From positions 1 to 64,000 of the IMG/VR virus record IMGVR_UViG_3300048913_000256: 64,000 nucleotides of DNA; one strand, written 5' to 3'. Position numbers and translations under genes: made by a program. Of the stretch, positions 16,792 through 25,818 are shown piece by piece. The DNA is from a virus. The notes beneath the pieces are model-generated. The model made no database searches and was not told the DNA's origin. It worked only from the letters and a program-made list of their open reading frames with translations. Every line of letters begins with the position of its first letter. Position 1 is the first letter of the stretch.

Positions 16792-17009
16792 TCGTCAGGC
16801 ACCTCGACCAGAATCGCGACCATCTTGCGGTAGCCCGGCGCATGGGCGTTCGCAGGTACGACGAACTTTCCATCGCTCAGGACGTCAATGACGTGGATTC
16901 CGTCGAGTTTCGAGAGGTCGGTCAGAGGGACTTCGAGGTCATACACGGAAACGTCGAACTCCGTTAGGAGTCGGTTCATCGCAGAGACGAAGCTAGAGAT
17001 CGTCTTCAC
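16788..17009 (-). CDS. Hypothetical protein (73 aa)
   Basis: Clean ORF with 4-nt overlaps on both sides. Confidence 0.55.
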   Translation of the reverse strand: MKTISSFVSAMNRLLTEFDVSVYDLEVPLTDLSKLDGIHVIDVLSDGKFVVPANAHAPGYRKMVAILVEVPDE

Positions 17010-17572
17010 ACGCCCACCTCCACGCTAGTTCCCGTCGAGCCGAATCCGTCGACGCCGCGCTCGCTCTCGCTGAGTTCCGCCACTTCCACGAAGGAGGCGC
17101 TGACGACTGGTGCGATGACGCCTTGCGCGATGCGATCGCCTTTGCGGATGAGATACGTGCCACACGGAATCTTTTCGGATACACCCGAGTATCGGCGCTG
17201 ATGTGTTCCATCGACGAGAAGGACCGAGTAGCGGTGATTTGTGTGAATTTGCACGAGTTGACCGCCGATGGTGGCGACATTCCCGTTTTGTGCGATGTTA
17301 TCGACCATCACCGCGACCTCTCCGCGAAATCCACTGTCCACAGTGCCGAGGATCACGCGCAGTTTCGTCTTGCTCGACACACCGCTGCGGGGGCGGATTT
17401 GCAACTCGTACCCTTGCGGAATCTCGAACGCGAGCCCCGTCGGGATGCGCACGGTTTCGCCGGGGCGAACGATGACGTCCTCCAGCGCTACGAGGTCGAA
17501 ACCAGCGTCACCGGCGCGGGCGTAGCGTGGAATTACGGCGTCGGCGTGGAGGCGTTTGATTTCGATGTTCAT
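17006..17572 (-). CDS. dut: Trimeric dUTPase with a ~35-40 aa insertion
   Basis: Motifs GDAGFDL, RPRSG, GTVDSGFRGE, GDRIAQ and RGVDGFGSTG. There is an unusually long segment between motifs III and IV. Confidence 0.9.
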   Translation of the reverse strand: MNIEIKRLHADAVIPRYARAGDAGFDLVALEDVIVRPGETVRIPTGLAFEIPQGYELQIRPRSGVSSKTKLRVILGTVDSGFRGEVAVMVDNIAQNGNVATIGGQLVQIHTNHRYSVLLVDGTHQRRYSGVSEKIPCGTYLIRKGDRIAQGVIAPVVSASFVEVAELSESERGVDGFGSTGTSVEVGV

Positions 17573-17787
17573 GCGGACACCTCCTCGATGTGCTGAACAA
17601 ATACGATTTTGTCTCGCGCAACTGCGAAATTGTGGTAAGTGGAAAAATTCGCAGAGAATAGGTTTGTGCAGAACGATCGGAAAGTCTCACCTTCTAGCAG
17701 ATCGACGTCAACATGCTTTTGCTCGACGCAGTAAATACGAACCTTATCTCGACTCACTAAAGAACGCCACCTTCTCGTTAGGATCAC
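17569..17787 (-). CDS. Hypothetical protein (up to 72 aa; start ambiguous)
   Basis: GTG at 17787, or a downstream GTG preceded by GAAGGTGG. Confidence 0.45.
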   Translation of the reverse strand: MILTRRWRSLVSRDKVRIYCVEQKHVDVDLLEGETFRSFCTNLFSANFSTYHNFAVARDKIVFVQHIEEVSA

Positions 17788-17837
17788 GCCCCACCCCGCG
17801 AAACGTCGAAGGGCGGGCGTGTTTTGGTTTCATCGTG

Positions 17838-17867
17838 AATCTCGCGTGGAGTTGCGAGGTTGTCCGC
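17838..17867 (-). promoter_or_regulatory. Phage promoter-like motif, copy C
   Basis: Sense strand: gcggacaacctcgcaactccacgcgagatt, abutting the RNR stop codon. Confidence 0.55.
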
Positions 17868-20360
17868 TTAGATCGAGCACGCCCCGTCTTTGCAGCCATA
17901 TGTCGGCATCTCGATTGCAGATGCGCTCTCTTCGCCAACCACGTTCTCCTGCGGTACATAATCCTCCACGTGCGGGAATTGACCGCCGAAGACCTCGCGA
18001 ATATCGAAGTGGTGCGAGTTCAGATCGAGAGGCTTGCGTCCGCCCGCGCCTTGGTCCTCCTTATCCGTATACATGACCGACGACACCTTCGACTTGTCGC
18101 GATAGACGGCGATCGCCTTTAGTCCGCTGTAGTATCCGTAGAGGTATACGTCGGAGATATCCGCTACGGTCGCCTCTTCCGGCAAGTTGATGGTCTTCGA
18201 AATCGCGCCAGACAAGTACGGCTGACAGTGCGCCATCATGTCGATATGCGCTCGCGGCTGCAAGTAGCGAGTTCCCTTCGCAGGCTTTACAGCGGTATCG
18301 AAGACCTCGTAATGGTCAGTGCTAATGTGCGGCGCACCCTCGACGGTTCCGTTCTGGAAGACATAGCGGACGATGGAACCCTCGGTGTTCTCGTCGCCGA
18401 TCTGCTCTGCGCTGTAGCCGAGACGCGCAAGTGCTTTCGGTACAAGGCGATTGATCGACTCAAGCCAGCCGCCGCCCGCGAGCAACTTGTACTTCTTAAG
18501 CGCGTAATCCGGCTCGATTCCGAACGTGTCCGCATCCATCGCAAAGGAGATCGTTCCAGTCGGCGCGAGCACGGTCGTCTGCGCGTTGCGGTAGCCAAAA
18601 CGCTCACCGAGGTAAAGTGCGTCATCCCACGCCATGCGAGCCGCTTCGAGCAAGTAGCGATGTTCTTTCGGGAAATCGTCATCGGCGAGTCCTTTCGGAT
18701 CAATCGTCAGGCCCTCGTAATCTTGTGCATTGTACGCGGCGCGACGGTGATTTCGGATGACGCGCAGATGCGACTCGCGGTTCGCTTCAAAACGCGGGTA
18801 CGGAGCGAGATCGCGTGCCATGACCGCCGATTGTGCGTAGGATTGAGCGCCGAGAAGCGCTGTGATTGCGCCGCCGATCAACTGACCTGCGCGGGTTCCG
18901 TAGCCATATCCCATGAGCATCAACAATCCGCCGAGATTCGTGTAACCGAGACCGGTCGTGCGGTAAAGCATCGATTTTTCAGCGAAACGTTTAGATGGGT
19001 ACTGCGCCATCGAGACGGTGATGTCGAGAGCCGTCTGCCAAATCGAGTTAACGTGCTCATAGAGGTCCACATTGAAGTAGTTCTCCTCGAAATCGTAGAA
19101 CTTCACAAGGTTTCCGGATGCGAGGTTGCATGCCGTCTCCTTGAACCAAAGGTACTCACTGCAAGGGTTAGACTCGTCGATTTCCTCGTCGCCAAGGCAG
19201 GTATTCCATTCGTTGATCGTTCCACGCGCATGAACGCCCGGATCGGCGCAGTTGTGGGTGGCGTAGCATACTTCGCCCCAAATAAATTGGGCTGGGAGTT
19301 CCTCGGTTACGTACGAGGGATCGGTCACGCGGCGCAATTCCCACGTTTTGTTCTGGTCGAGCGCTTGGAAAAACTCGTGGGAGAACGAGACGGTGTTATT
19401 CGAATTCTGCCCACTGACAGTCGAGTACGCCTCGCCTTCAAAGTGGTTGTCGAGACCGGCTTCGACGAGGATGCGCACCTTCTTCTCCTCGCGCATCTTC
19501 CAACGGATGAAGTCGAGAAGCTCTGGATGAGTATCTTTGCAGATGTCCATTTTCGCAGCGCGACGGTTTTTACCACCGGACTTGATCGTACCGCCGCCCG
19601 CGTCGAAAATCTTGAGGAACGACATCATACCAGAGGATACGCCTCCGCCCGATACCGGTTCACCCTTCCCGCGAAGGGTTGAGTAGTCCGTCCCGGCACC
19701 GCTGCCGAAGTAGAAAATCTTGCCCTCCAACGCAAGTTGGTCATAGATGCCGCGCTCTCCAAAGAGGTCGTCTTTGATGCCGAGGATAAAGCAGGCGTGA
19801 GCTTGCGGATGCTCGTAGCCGTTCGTCGATGGAACCGCCTCGCCACGCTCGAAGTCGAAGAAATACTGACCCTTCGCTTCCCCTTCGATTCCGTACGCAT
19901 GGAAGAGACCTGTGTTAAAGAACTGCGGGGAGTTCGGTTCAGCGTATTGATGGATCATCGAGTAGGCGATTTCATCGTAAAACGCTTGAGCGTCGCGAGC
20001 AGTCCGGAAGTAACCGTACTTTTCGCCATACACGCGGAAAGTCAGCGCGATCCGATGTGCGACCTGCTTGAACGAGTACTCGCGCCCTACGTTCGGCACG
20101 CCTTCTTTGCGGAAGTATTTTTCCGCGACCTGCTGTCGCGCGTTCGGCGACCAGAACTTCGGAAACTCGACACCGGCGATCATCTCGCCACCACCGGTCA
20201 CTACGTCTGACATTTCCCATTCGCAGGTTTTGAACACATCCTCGCCATCCTTCGTGAATCGACGCGGAATAACGAGCCCGTTCGTTCCTTTGTGCTCGTC
20301 GATCGTTAGCGCCAGAGAGCCGAATACTTCGCTCTCACTCGCCTTTTTCATTTCGTTCAA
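17868..20360 (-). CDS. nrdJ: Ribonucleotide reductase, class II (B12-dependent) type
   Basis: 830 aa. Active-site-like ESNPCSEY, a C-terminal Cys pair (CKDGACSI), and a single large subunit with no adjacent small subunit. Confidence 0.75.
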   Translation of the reverse strand: MNEMKKASESEVFGSLALTIDEHKGTNGLVIPRRFTKDGEDVFKTCEWEMSDVVTGGGEMIAGVEFPKFWSPNARQQVAEKYFRKEGVPNVGREYSFKQVAHRIALTFRVYGEKYGYFRTARDAQAFYDEIAYSMIHQYAEPNSPQFFNTGLFHAYGIEGEAKGQYFFDFERGEAVPSTNGYEHPQAHACFILGIKDDLFGERGIYDQLALEGKIFYFGSGAGTDYSTLRGKGEPVSGGGVSSGMMSFLKIFDAGGGTIKSGGKNRRAAKMDICKDTHPELLDFIRWKMREEKKVRILVEAGLDNHFEGEAYSTVSGQNSNNTVSFSHEFFQALDQNKTWELRRVTDPSYVTEELPAQFIWGEVCYATHNCADPGVHARGTINEWNTCLGDEEIDESNPCSEYLWFKETACNLASGNLVKFYDFEENYFNVDLYEHVNSIWQTALDITVSMAQYPSKRFAEKSMLYRTTGLGYTNLGGLLMLMGYGYGTRAGQLIGGAITALLGAQSYAQSAVMARDLAPYPRFEANRESHLRVIRNHRRAAYNAQDYEGLTIDPKGLADDDFPKEHRYLLEAARMAWDDALYLGERFGYRNAQTTVLAPTGTISFAMDADTFGIEPDYALKKYKLLAGGGWLESINRLVPKALARLGYSAEQIGDENTEGSIVRYVFQNGTVEGAPHISTDHYEVFDTAVKPAKGTRYLQPRAHIDMMAHCQPYLSGAISKTINLPEEATVADISDVYLYGYYSGLKAIAVYRDKSKVSSVMYTDKEDQGAGGRKPLDLNSHHFDIREVFGGQFPHVEDYVPQENVVGEESASAIEMPTYGCKDGACSI

Positions 20361-20424
20361 ATGACCATCTCCCTCGTTGTTGTTCGAAAATAAAAGCGCA
20401 AGCTCGCGCCCGCGCTGCGTTACC

Positions 20425-20454
20425 TATCTCATTGTGTGCGTCGCGAATGTCCGC
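20425..20454 (-). promoter_or_regulatory. Phage promoter-like motif, copy E
   Basis: Sense strand: gcggacattcgcgacgcacacaatgagata, upstream of the RNR start. Confidence 0.5.
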
Positions 20455-20457
20455 CTG

Positions 20458-21063
20458 TTACGCGACTTGCTTCTCGCGGCTCTGCTTCAGTAGCGCGTCC
20501 CACTTACCGACTTCCTTGCGGTGCTCGGCGATGATTTTCGCATGGTGAGCGGCGCGGGCGTGAAGCTCTGCGATAAGTTCGACGTCATCGAATGATACTG
20601 CGCGCATCTTTTCGCGAACGGCGCGGTACAGTTCGACCTCGTCGTTGTGTTTCTCCGCCGCCAGCGCACGTTTGCCCGCGTAGAACACCTCGTAGACTTG
20701 TTCGGCGGGAATCGCTTCACCGGCGAGAGTCATCGTCTGGAGGCCGAAGGTTGCGAGGAGGGGCGCATTAGTGAGCGGTTCTTGCGGAGGATCGATGACC
20801 TCGATGGGTTCGAGGACGAGATATTCGTCATGCCATAGCTCGTCAAAAACGCGACCGCTCTTGAATTTAATAAGCGCGGGTTGTACAGACGCTACTTCGA
20901 GAACATCCCCATTTTCGTAATGCGCAGGTTCTTTCTTATTAACCACGAGTACCGTCTCGCCAACCTTCGCCTTCCGCGCCACCAAGCGCCAGTCGCGCCC
21001 CCCGTGCGAGATCACGTCGTCCGCCTTATGTGCTACCGCTCCTTGCGTCGCGCTTACGTCCAT
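20458..21063 (-). CDS. Hypothetical protein carrying the VAR-x-A-x-x-GE...GDVLEV...VLEP domain
   Basis: RLVARKAKVGETVLVVN...NGDVLEV...YLVLEPIE. Paralogous to parts of 29427-29948 and 35991-37295. Confidence 0.6.
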   Translation of the reverse strand: MDVSATQGAVAHKADDVISHGGRDWRLVARKAKVGETVLVVNKKEPAHYENGDVLEVASVQPALIKFKSGRVFDELWHDEYLVLEPIEVIDPPQEPLTNAPLLATFGLQTMTLAGEAIPAEQVYEVFYAGKRALAAEKHNDEVELYRAVREKMRAVSFDDVELIAELHARAAHHAKIIAEHRKEVGKWDALLKQSREKQVA

Positions 21064-21353
21064 ACCAAATCGCCACCCTTTCGAGATTTATCGAACATTG
21101 ACGTTGCACCAGCGCCACCGGGCGGATCGTCCTCGCCGAACACGTCGATGAGGATCGCGACCGTCCACGCTGCAATGGCGTTCCAGAACGCGAAAGCGTC
21201 GTATGCCCATCCGATACCGGCGAAGAAAAAGCCGATATTCGTGATGAGGCGGTCGAAACCGCTGGATTTCGCCTGTCGAAATAACTGCCGAATGGTTTTC
21301 AACGAATCACCTCCGAACGTATGTTTCTGACGATAAGAAATCGCTATCGCCAT
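21054..21353 (-). CDS. Small membrane protein (99 aa)
   Basis: Hydrophobic core NIGFFFAGIGWAYDAFAFWNAIAAWTVAILI. Confidence 0.55.
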   Translation of the reverse strand: MAIAISYRQKHTFGGDSLKTIRQLFRQAKSSGFDRLITNIGFFFAGIGWAYDAFAFWNAIAAWTVAILIDVFGEDDPPGGAGATSMFDKSRKGGDLVWT

Positions 21354-21414
21354 TACTCGATTCCTTTGCGCGCTGTCAACGTGGGCGTTGCGCCTTTCAT
21401 CGTCTTTCTCGCAG

Positions 21415-21552
21415 TTAGGATCGCTTCTGTCCGCCCACCCGTGTCAGTTCCGCCAGCCCCGCGACAAGCGCCACACACACACCAACCGCGACCCCTGCGA
21501 CAGCGAACGCTAGGACTACGACGGCGGCGAAACATTCGATGGCGCGGCGCAT
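21415..21552 (-). CDS. 45-aa hydrophobic peptide; absent from the ORF track
   Basis: The ATG follows the upstream TAA directly. Sequence MRRAIECFAAVVVLAFAVAGVAVGVCVALVAGLAELTRVGGQKRS. The Arg-rich track ORF 21353-21535 is the wrong frame. Confidence 0.45.
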   Translation of the reverse strand: MRRAIECFAAVVVLAFAVAGVAVGVCVALVAGLAELTRVGGQKRS

Positions 21553-21852
21553 TTATTTCGCCACCTGTTCGACCTGTACGTCATACTTGCGCGGCTTGAA
21601 TACCAGCGAGCCGACGAGAAGTAGCGTCGCCGTAACCGCAGGAATCGCCTCTGCCGTGAATCGCGGTTCGCCCACGATCATGTTCAGCGCCCACGCAACG
21701 GTGTCCCCGCAGAACCACGCCAACACCCAACCACTTGCGTAGCCGTACGCGAAGATTTGAATCTGGCGCAGGAAGGCGAAGAAGATGAACTCGCCCAACT
21801 TCGCGCCGAAATTCGACGCCCTCGATTCAACTTCGGGTTTTTTCGTTGTCAT
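21553..21852 (-). CDS. Membrane protein (~99 aa)
   Basis: ATG at 21852 follows AAAGGGGA. Several hydrophobic segments. Confidence 0.55.
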   Translation of the reverse strand: MTTKKPEVESRASNFGAKLGEFIFFAFLRQIQIFAYGYASGWVLAWFCGDTVAWALNMIVGEPRFTAEAIPAVTATLLLVGSLVFKPRKYDVQVEQVAK

Positions 21853-21869
21853 GCCGATTCCCCTTTTCG

Positions 21870-22112
21870 CTATTTCGTTTGACCGCACCCGAGCGGTTTG
21901 CCGTCAGTTCCGAGACGCGGAGTAACTGAGCCCTTGTCAGCGCGGATGTACTGACATCCAGTAGCGGTATCCTCCACTAGCGTCCACGTCTCAACTTTCT
22001 GATGCGTACCAACAAGGCGGAGATCGTCGAGGTTCGTTTTCTCCTGCACCCCACACCCGACGACACCTGCGATGATGCACGCCACGAGAGCGATGGTTGC
22101 GAGTTTTTTCAA
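21870..22112 (-). CDS. Putative lipoprotein (80 aa)
   Basis: Signal peptide with lipobox-like IAGVVGC. Confidence 0.6.
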   Translation of the reverse strand: MKKLATIALVACIIAGVVGCGVQEKTNLDDLRLVGTHQKVETWTLVEDTATGCQYIRADKGSVTPRLGTDGKPLGCGQTK

Positions 22113-22130
22113 GATTGAGCGCCTCCTTCG

Positions 22131-22307
22131 TTAATTTGCCAAAATTGCGATTCCGACGAGAATGAACAGCGGGGTCAAGAGGAGTAGCGGTGCACCTACA
22201 GCAATCGCAAGAAGAACCTGCCACCACTTGCGACAGTTAAACTCGTCGATAACACAGCCGCACGCAGCAATGTATCCGACAAGAACGATAGTAGCTTCAA
22301 GTGTCAC
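22131..22307 (-). CDS. 58-aa membrane protein
   Basis: GTG overlaps the RuvC-like stop (GTGA). Sequence MTLEATIVLVGYIAACGCVIDEFNCRKWWQVLLAIAVGAPLLLL... Confidence 0.5.
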   Translation of the reverse strand: MTLEATIVLVGYIAACGCVIDEFNCRKWWQVLLAIAVGAPLLLLTPLFILVGIAILAN

Positions 22308-22975
22308 GCCACCTTCACCCCGCTCTCGAATTTCTTCCGCACACTCTCCGCGAACTTCGCCCGTTTCGCCCGCTCCTTCGGTTCCAGCGGCTTGCCGTTG
22401 GGCTTCATCGTCAACCACACACGACAGTATCCGCGCAGACGCTCATATACGAACGAGTTCGGGAGCGCCTCGGCCAGCGCCAGATACGCCAGCCCTACGG
22501 AAACCGCATCGCTCTCGTCGGAGTTTGCGAACGTGAGCGCCTCATCCAGCACCAGATGTGCGCGAACCGCGCGCTCCACGTCGTCCTTCTCCACGTCGCT
22601 GCCACCGCGTCCGACTACGATCGCCTTGACGGTGCCTTGCGGAATATCGACCCAGTCGCGAGGCGCGAACCCCGCCTCGATAGCGCCGTGTACGCGGTTC
22701 AGGATCGCGCCGGTCACAGGTGAAGGTGGAGCGTCCTCCTTCGCGTAGACGCGCTCCATCGTCGGATACTTCGCATCGAGGGCGGTCGCCCAGTCGACGA
22801 TCGCACGCTCGCGCTCCCCGCGATTGGCTCGCTGGTTGGTGCGGAGATACGCGACCTCTGCGATGCGAACCGAGTCAGCGCCGACGGCGAGAACCGCCGC
22901 GCCCGGTCCGTTAAGCGACAGGTCGAGCGCCAAGACGAATATTTCGGCGGGATCAGTCGGTTGCTTGCGCGGCAT
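22304..22975 (-). CDS. RuvC-like Holliday junction resolvase
   Basis: N-terminal FVLALDLSLNGPG, acidic residues in EDAPP and SDESDA, and a recombination-module context. Confidence 0.6.
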   Translation of the reverse strand: MPRKQPTDPAEIFVLALDLSLNGPGAAVLAVGADSVRIAEVAYLRTNQRANRGERERAIVDWATALDAKYPTMERVYAKEDAPPSPVTGAILNRVHGAIEAGFAPRDWVDIPQGTVKAIVVGRGGSDVEKDDVERAVRAHLVLDEALTFANSDESDAVSVGLAYLALAEALPNSFVYERLRGYCRVWLTMKPNGKPLEPKERAKRAKFAESVRKKFESGVKVA

Positions 22976-23237
22976 CGGCTGCCTCCTTCGACGTCAATTC
23001 GTGGATACTGTAACGAGCGTATTCATTCGGCCAATCCGCTTCGGCACGTGCCATTCGCTCGCCCCAGTCTCCATTTTGTCGGTATACGTGCTTTTCACGC
23101 ATGGCGCTGGTGCATGCCGACTTCACGATTGCGTCCGCCTTAGCGTAACTGAGGTACGCCCGAACGTGAGCGCCACGGCGCGAGTTACCCATCCACGGTT
23201 CTCCATCTTTGTATACGACGAACAACGGTTTAATCAC
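22953..23237 (-). CDS. Hypothetical protein (94 aa)
   Basis: Clean ORF. Confidence 0.55.
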   Translation of the reverse strand: MIKPLFVVYKDGEPWMGNSRRGAHVRAYLSYAKADAIVKSACTSAMREKHVYRQNGDWGERMARAEADWPNEYARYSIHELTSKEAADAAQATD

Positions 23238-23518
23238 GCGGTGACAGCCCCCTTCGCTTGGTACAGGTCATCGAGTTCATCCTCTGCGTCAGCGAGCACC
23301 TCTTCAAGACGTTCAACTTCGGCGGTCTTTGCGCGGAGTTCGCGACCCATTGCGCGCTGCGCAAACTTTTCGGTGATAGTCGAAGCCACCGCCAGAGCGA
23401 GCATGATACCGCCGCCAACCGGATGCGCTTCGTAGATCAGCGAGAAGGCGAAGAAGTAGAACAACGCCTCCCACACCGCCTCGTATACCGCAAGCGCGAT
23501 CCTTCCGAATGTCTTCAC
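23234..23518 (-). CDS. Membrane protein (94 aa) with a C-terminal coiled coil
   Basis: Two hydrophobic segments followed by ELRAKTAEVERLEEVLADAEDELDDL. Confidence 0.55.
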   Translation of the reverse strand: MKTFGRIALAVYEAVWEALFYFFAFSLIYEAHPVGGGIMLALAVASTITEKFAQRAMGRELRAKTAEVERLEEVLADAEDELDDLYQAKGAVTA

Positions 23519-24552
23519 GCTACCGCCCCCATTTCGCTGTGTTCCGCCCGAATGGACTCGATATCCGCCAGCGCCTTTGCGTAATCCTCTTTCACCTTCG
23601 GCTTCAGCCCGCTCGTCTGCACTTGCGCGACCTTACTGCGGATGTGGTTGAGTTCGTCGCCGGTCAGCGAAAGCGCGCACGCCGTCTTGTAGCCGTTGAA
23701 CGTCCACTTGTCGAGGTCGAGCGGCGGCGGCGTTTTGGCGGCGACAGCATCGAGGATGTTAGCGCAACGGTCGAGAATTTCCCACCGCGCAACATTGTTG
23801 ATCTCTTCGTGGAATGCGCGCAGGTCTGGACTCTTCGCGTACTCCTCTTCGGTCATGAACCACGCCTTCTTCGAGAGGTTGCCGTAGACGATGATGCGGT
23901 CATCAACGTTGTAAGCGATGGAGTACGACACCGTCTGATCGGCGTGCTTGTCCTCCGCGCCCTTCATCGAGTATTCGGAGGTTCGCGAACTGGTCGTCTG
24001 CTTCGATTTGAACTCGACAAGCACCCGCTTGCCCGTCGCCGTGTGACGCAAGACTCCGTCAGGGAGCGCGAATAGACTGAACGTGTGGTCACCATGCGTG
24101 ATTGGCATGACGGCACGAGCAAACTGTTCCCACATCGGTTCTCCGTGCTCGTTGCGCTCGACCGTGAACGGCGCAGACTCCCCGAAGATTCGCGGCCAAT
24201 GTTTCTCGATGAAGAGAAGATCACGCTGCATCACATCACCGAACGCAGTCCCCATGCGAGTCCAGCGCCCTTGGTGCGGGGGTTGTCCGCTTTTGTCGCG
24301 CGTGGCACCGGTTAGGCGCAAGTAGTTCGCTCGTGGGCACATGTCTATGCTCGACGGCGTGAAGTACGGTTGGCGCGGGAATCGGAACTTTCGGCGGAGG
24401 ACAGCGACGTATTGCTCGTGGATCTGCGCGTCCAGTTCGTCATCATAAACTTCTGGCAGCGAGTGCCAACGATCCATCATCGCGACGAAATCTGCGGCGA
24501 GGTCCGGGTGATTCTCGACAGGTCGGCGCGTCAGGCGCGGTTGCTCGCTCAA
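23515..24552 (-). CDS. PD-(D/E)XK-family nuclease (recombination exonuclease-like)
   Basis: LPDGVL ... VLVEFKSKQ motif pair. The call is weak beyond the motif. Confidence 0.5.
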   Translation of the reverse strand: MSEQPRLTRRPVENHPDLAADFVAMMDRWHSLPEVYDDELDAQIHEQYVAVLRRKFRFPRQPYFTPSSIDMCPRANYLRLTGATRDKSGQPPHQGRWTRMGTAFGDVMQRDLLFIEKHWPRIFGESAPFTVERNEHGEPMWEQFARAVMPITHGDHTFSLFALPDGVLRHTATGKRVLVEFKSKQTTSSRTSEYSMKGAEDKHADQTVSYSIAYNVDDRIIVYGNLSKKAWFMTEEEYAKSPDLRAFHEEINNVARWEILDRCANILDAVAAKTPPPLDLDKWTFNGYKTACALSLTGDELNHIRSKVAQVQTSGLKPKVKEDYAKALADIESIRAEHSEMGAVA

Positions 24553-24884
24553 TGTACGCCACCACCTACGAAGATTAGGTTCGCCATCAGCGGGTTCGCC
24601 ACGACGATGATCGCGATTTCCGGTTGCGGCGGCTGGTCGCGTTCGAATCGCACGCCGACGACTTTTGCGACAGACTCGCCGTCGCCCACGCCGAACGTCT
24701 CCCCGATACCCGCGATGTGCGGCTTGCCTTGGAAGGCGAACTCACCATCGAGATAGCGTCCAACGAAGCCGCCGCACTGGGTTCGACGCACGCGGATCGA
24801 GGTGCCGTCGCTCATGTCGAGGAGCATCGAGTAGTCTGCGGGCATTGCGTCGAGGTCGATGAACTTGCGTTGAGATTGAGTCAT
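24549..24884 (-). CDS. Hypothetical protein (111 aa)
   Basis: Clean ORF. Shares an R..(Q/D)CGG(F/Y) segment with the next gene. Confidence 0.55.
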   Translation of the reverse strand: MTQSQRKFIDLDAMPADYSMLLDMSDGTSIRVRRTQCGGFVGRYLDGEFAFQGKPHIAGIGETFGVGDGESVAKVVGVRFERDQPPQPEIAIIVVANPLMANLIFVGGGVH

Positions 24885-25384
24885 TAGGCGGTCGCCTCCT
24901 GTTCGCTTTTAGATTCGGGTTCGGTCGCATCAATCACGAGTGGGGCGTATGTCACGGACTCAACGCGACTTGTGCGATACTCACCGAAGAACATCGGTGC
25001 GTTCAGGTCGACGATGAACGGCGGTCGGTTGTAAATCTCTTCCTTGTCGAGTACACCGCCGCACACGCCGTATCCGCCACAATCGTACTTCCGAATAGTG
25101 TACGAGCTGTTGCGCGTCTTAACGATTGCCTTGCCGTTGCCGAGCCGCTCGATATCGAGGAAGTTACCGTCGTGCGGATTAACTTCTTCCGCCGGGATGC
25201 GTTTGAGTTCGAAGATCGTCGACGACTTCTCGGTGTCAAGCGAGCACTTGTAGTCACCTACAAGAATGTCGCCACTAATCGACTGTAACGCGAGACTCGC
25301 TTGTCGGTGCGCCACATCGTCGTTCTCCGCGATTACACGCACCGTCACGGTCAACTCGTGCGTGAACGTTTTCTTTTCGCTCAT
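24884..25384 (-). CDS. Hypothetical protein (166 aa)
   Basis: Clean ORF downstream of promoter-like motif F. Confidence 0.55.
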   Translation of the reverse strand: MSEKKTFTHELTVTVRVIAENDDVAHRQASLALQSISGDILVGDYKCSLDTEKSSTIFELKRIPAEEVNPHDGNFLDIERLGNGKAIVKTRNSSYTIRKYDCGGYGVCGGVLDKEEIYNRPPFIVDLNAPMFFGEYRTSRVESVTYAPLVIDATEPESKSEQEATA

Positions 25385-25418
25385 GAATCGTTCCCCTTCC
25401 GCTATGTGTTTCGCTATC

Positions 25419-25448
25419 TATCTCGCAGGCTCTACGCGGCTTGTCCGC
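25419..25448 (-). promoter_or_regulatory. Phage promoter-like motif, copy F
   Basis: Sense strand: gcggacaagccgcgtagagcctgcgagata. The extended downstream match to copy B is ...gagataNatagcgaaac. Confidence 0.6.
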
Positions 25449-25818
25449 GATGCTCGTCCGCAACCTCCGCCATCTCGCGCAACTTGCGCCCCTTGTTCGG
25501 GACCGACGCTCGCCACTTCGCCCATTGGCGCTGCTTCTTGAGATCGGCGCGGAACCGCGGCTTGCGTGCGGGGTGCGACTTCGGACGATACGGCGACGAG
25601 TCGATATTGTCGTCGGAGAATACCGCCTCGCTCGCAAGTTTCCAGTACCGGCCGCGCTTGAACCGGTTGGTCATCGCTTCATGACGCGGGAGCACGATTT
25701 CGCAACCGTCGTGATCAATCTTGCCGAAGTGATACGCGGTATAGGCGAGCCATTCCAAATCGTCGAGGATCGAGGAGATCGATTGCGGCACGTAACGTTG
25801 CGCGGTTTCGTAGGTCAT
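25432..25818 (-). CDS. Hypothetical protein (128 aa)
   Basis: Its ATG overlaps the polymerase stop (ATGA). Confidence 0.55.
   Translation of the reverse strand: MTYETAQRYVPQSISSILDDLEWLAYTAYHFGKIDHDGCEIVLPRHEAMTNRFKRGRYWKLASEAVFSDDNIDSSPYRPKSHPARKPRFRADLKKQRQWAKWRASVPNKGRKLREMAEVADEHRGQAA

Noticed and set aside
24270-24295. GGGTTGTCCGC inside CDS 23515-24552 as another promoter-motif copy
   Set aside because: It lacks the TATCTC partner at the fixed 24-nt distance and lies mid-gene.
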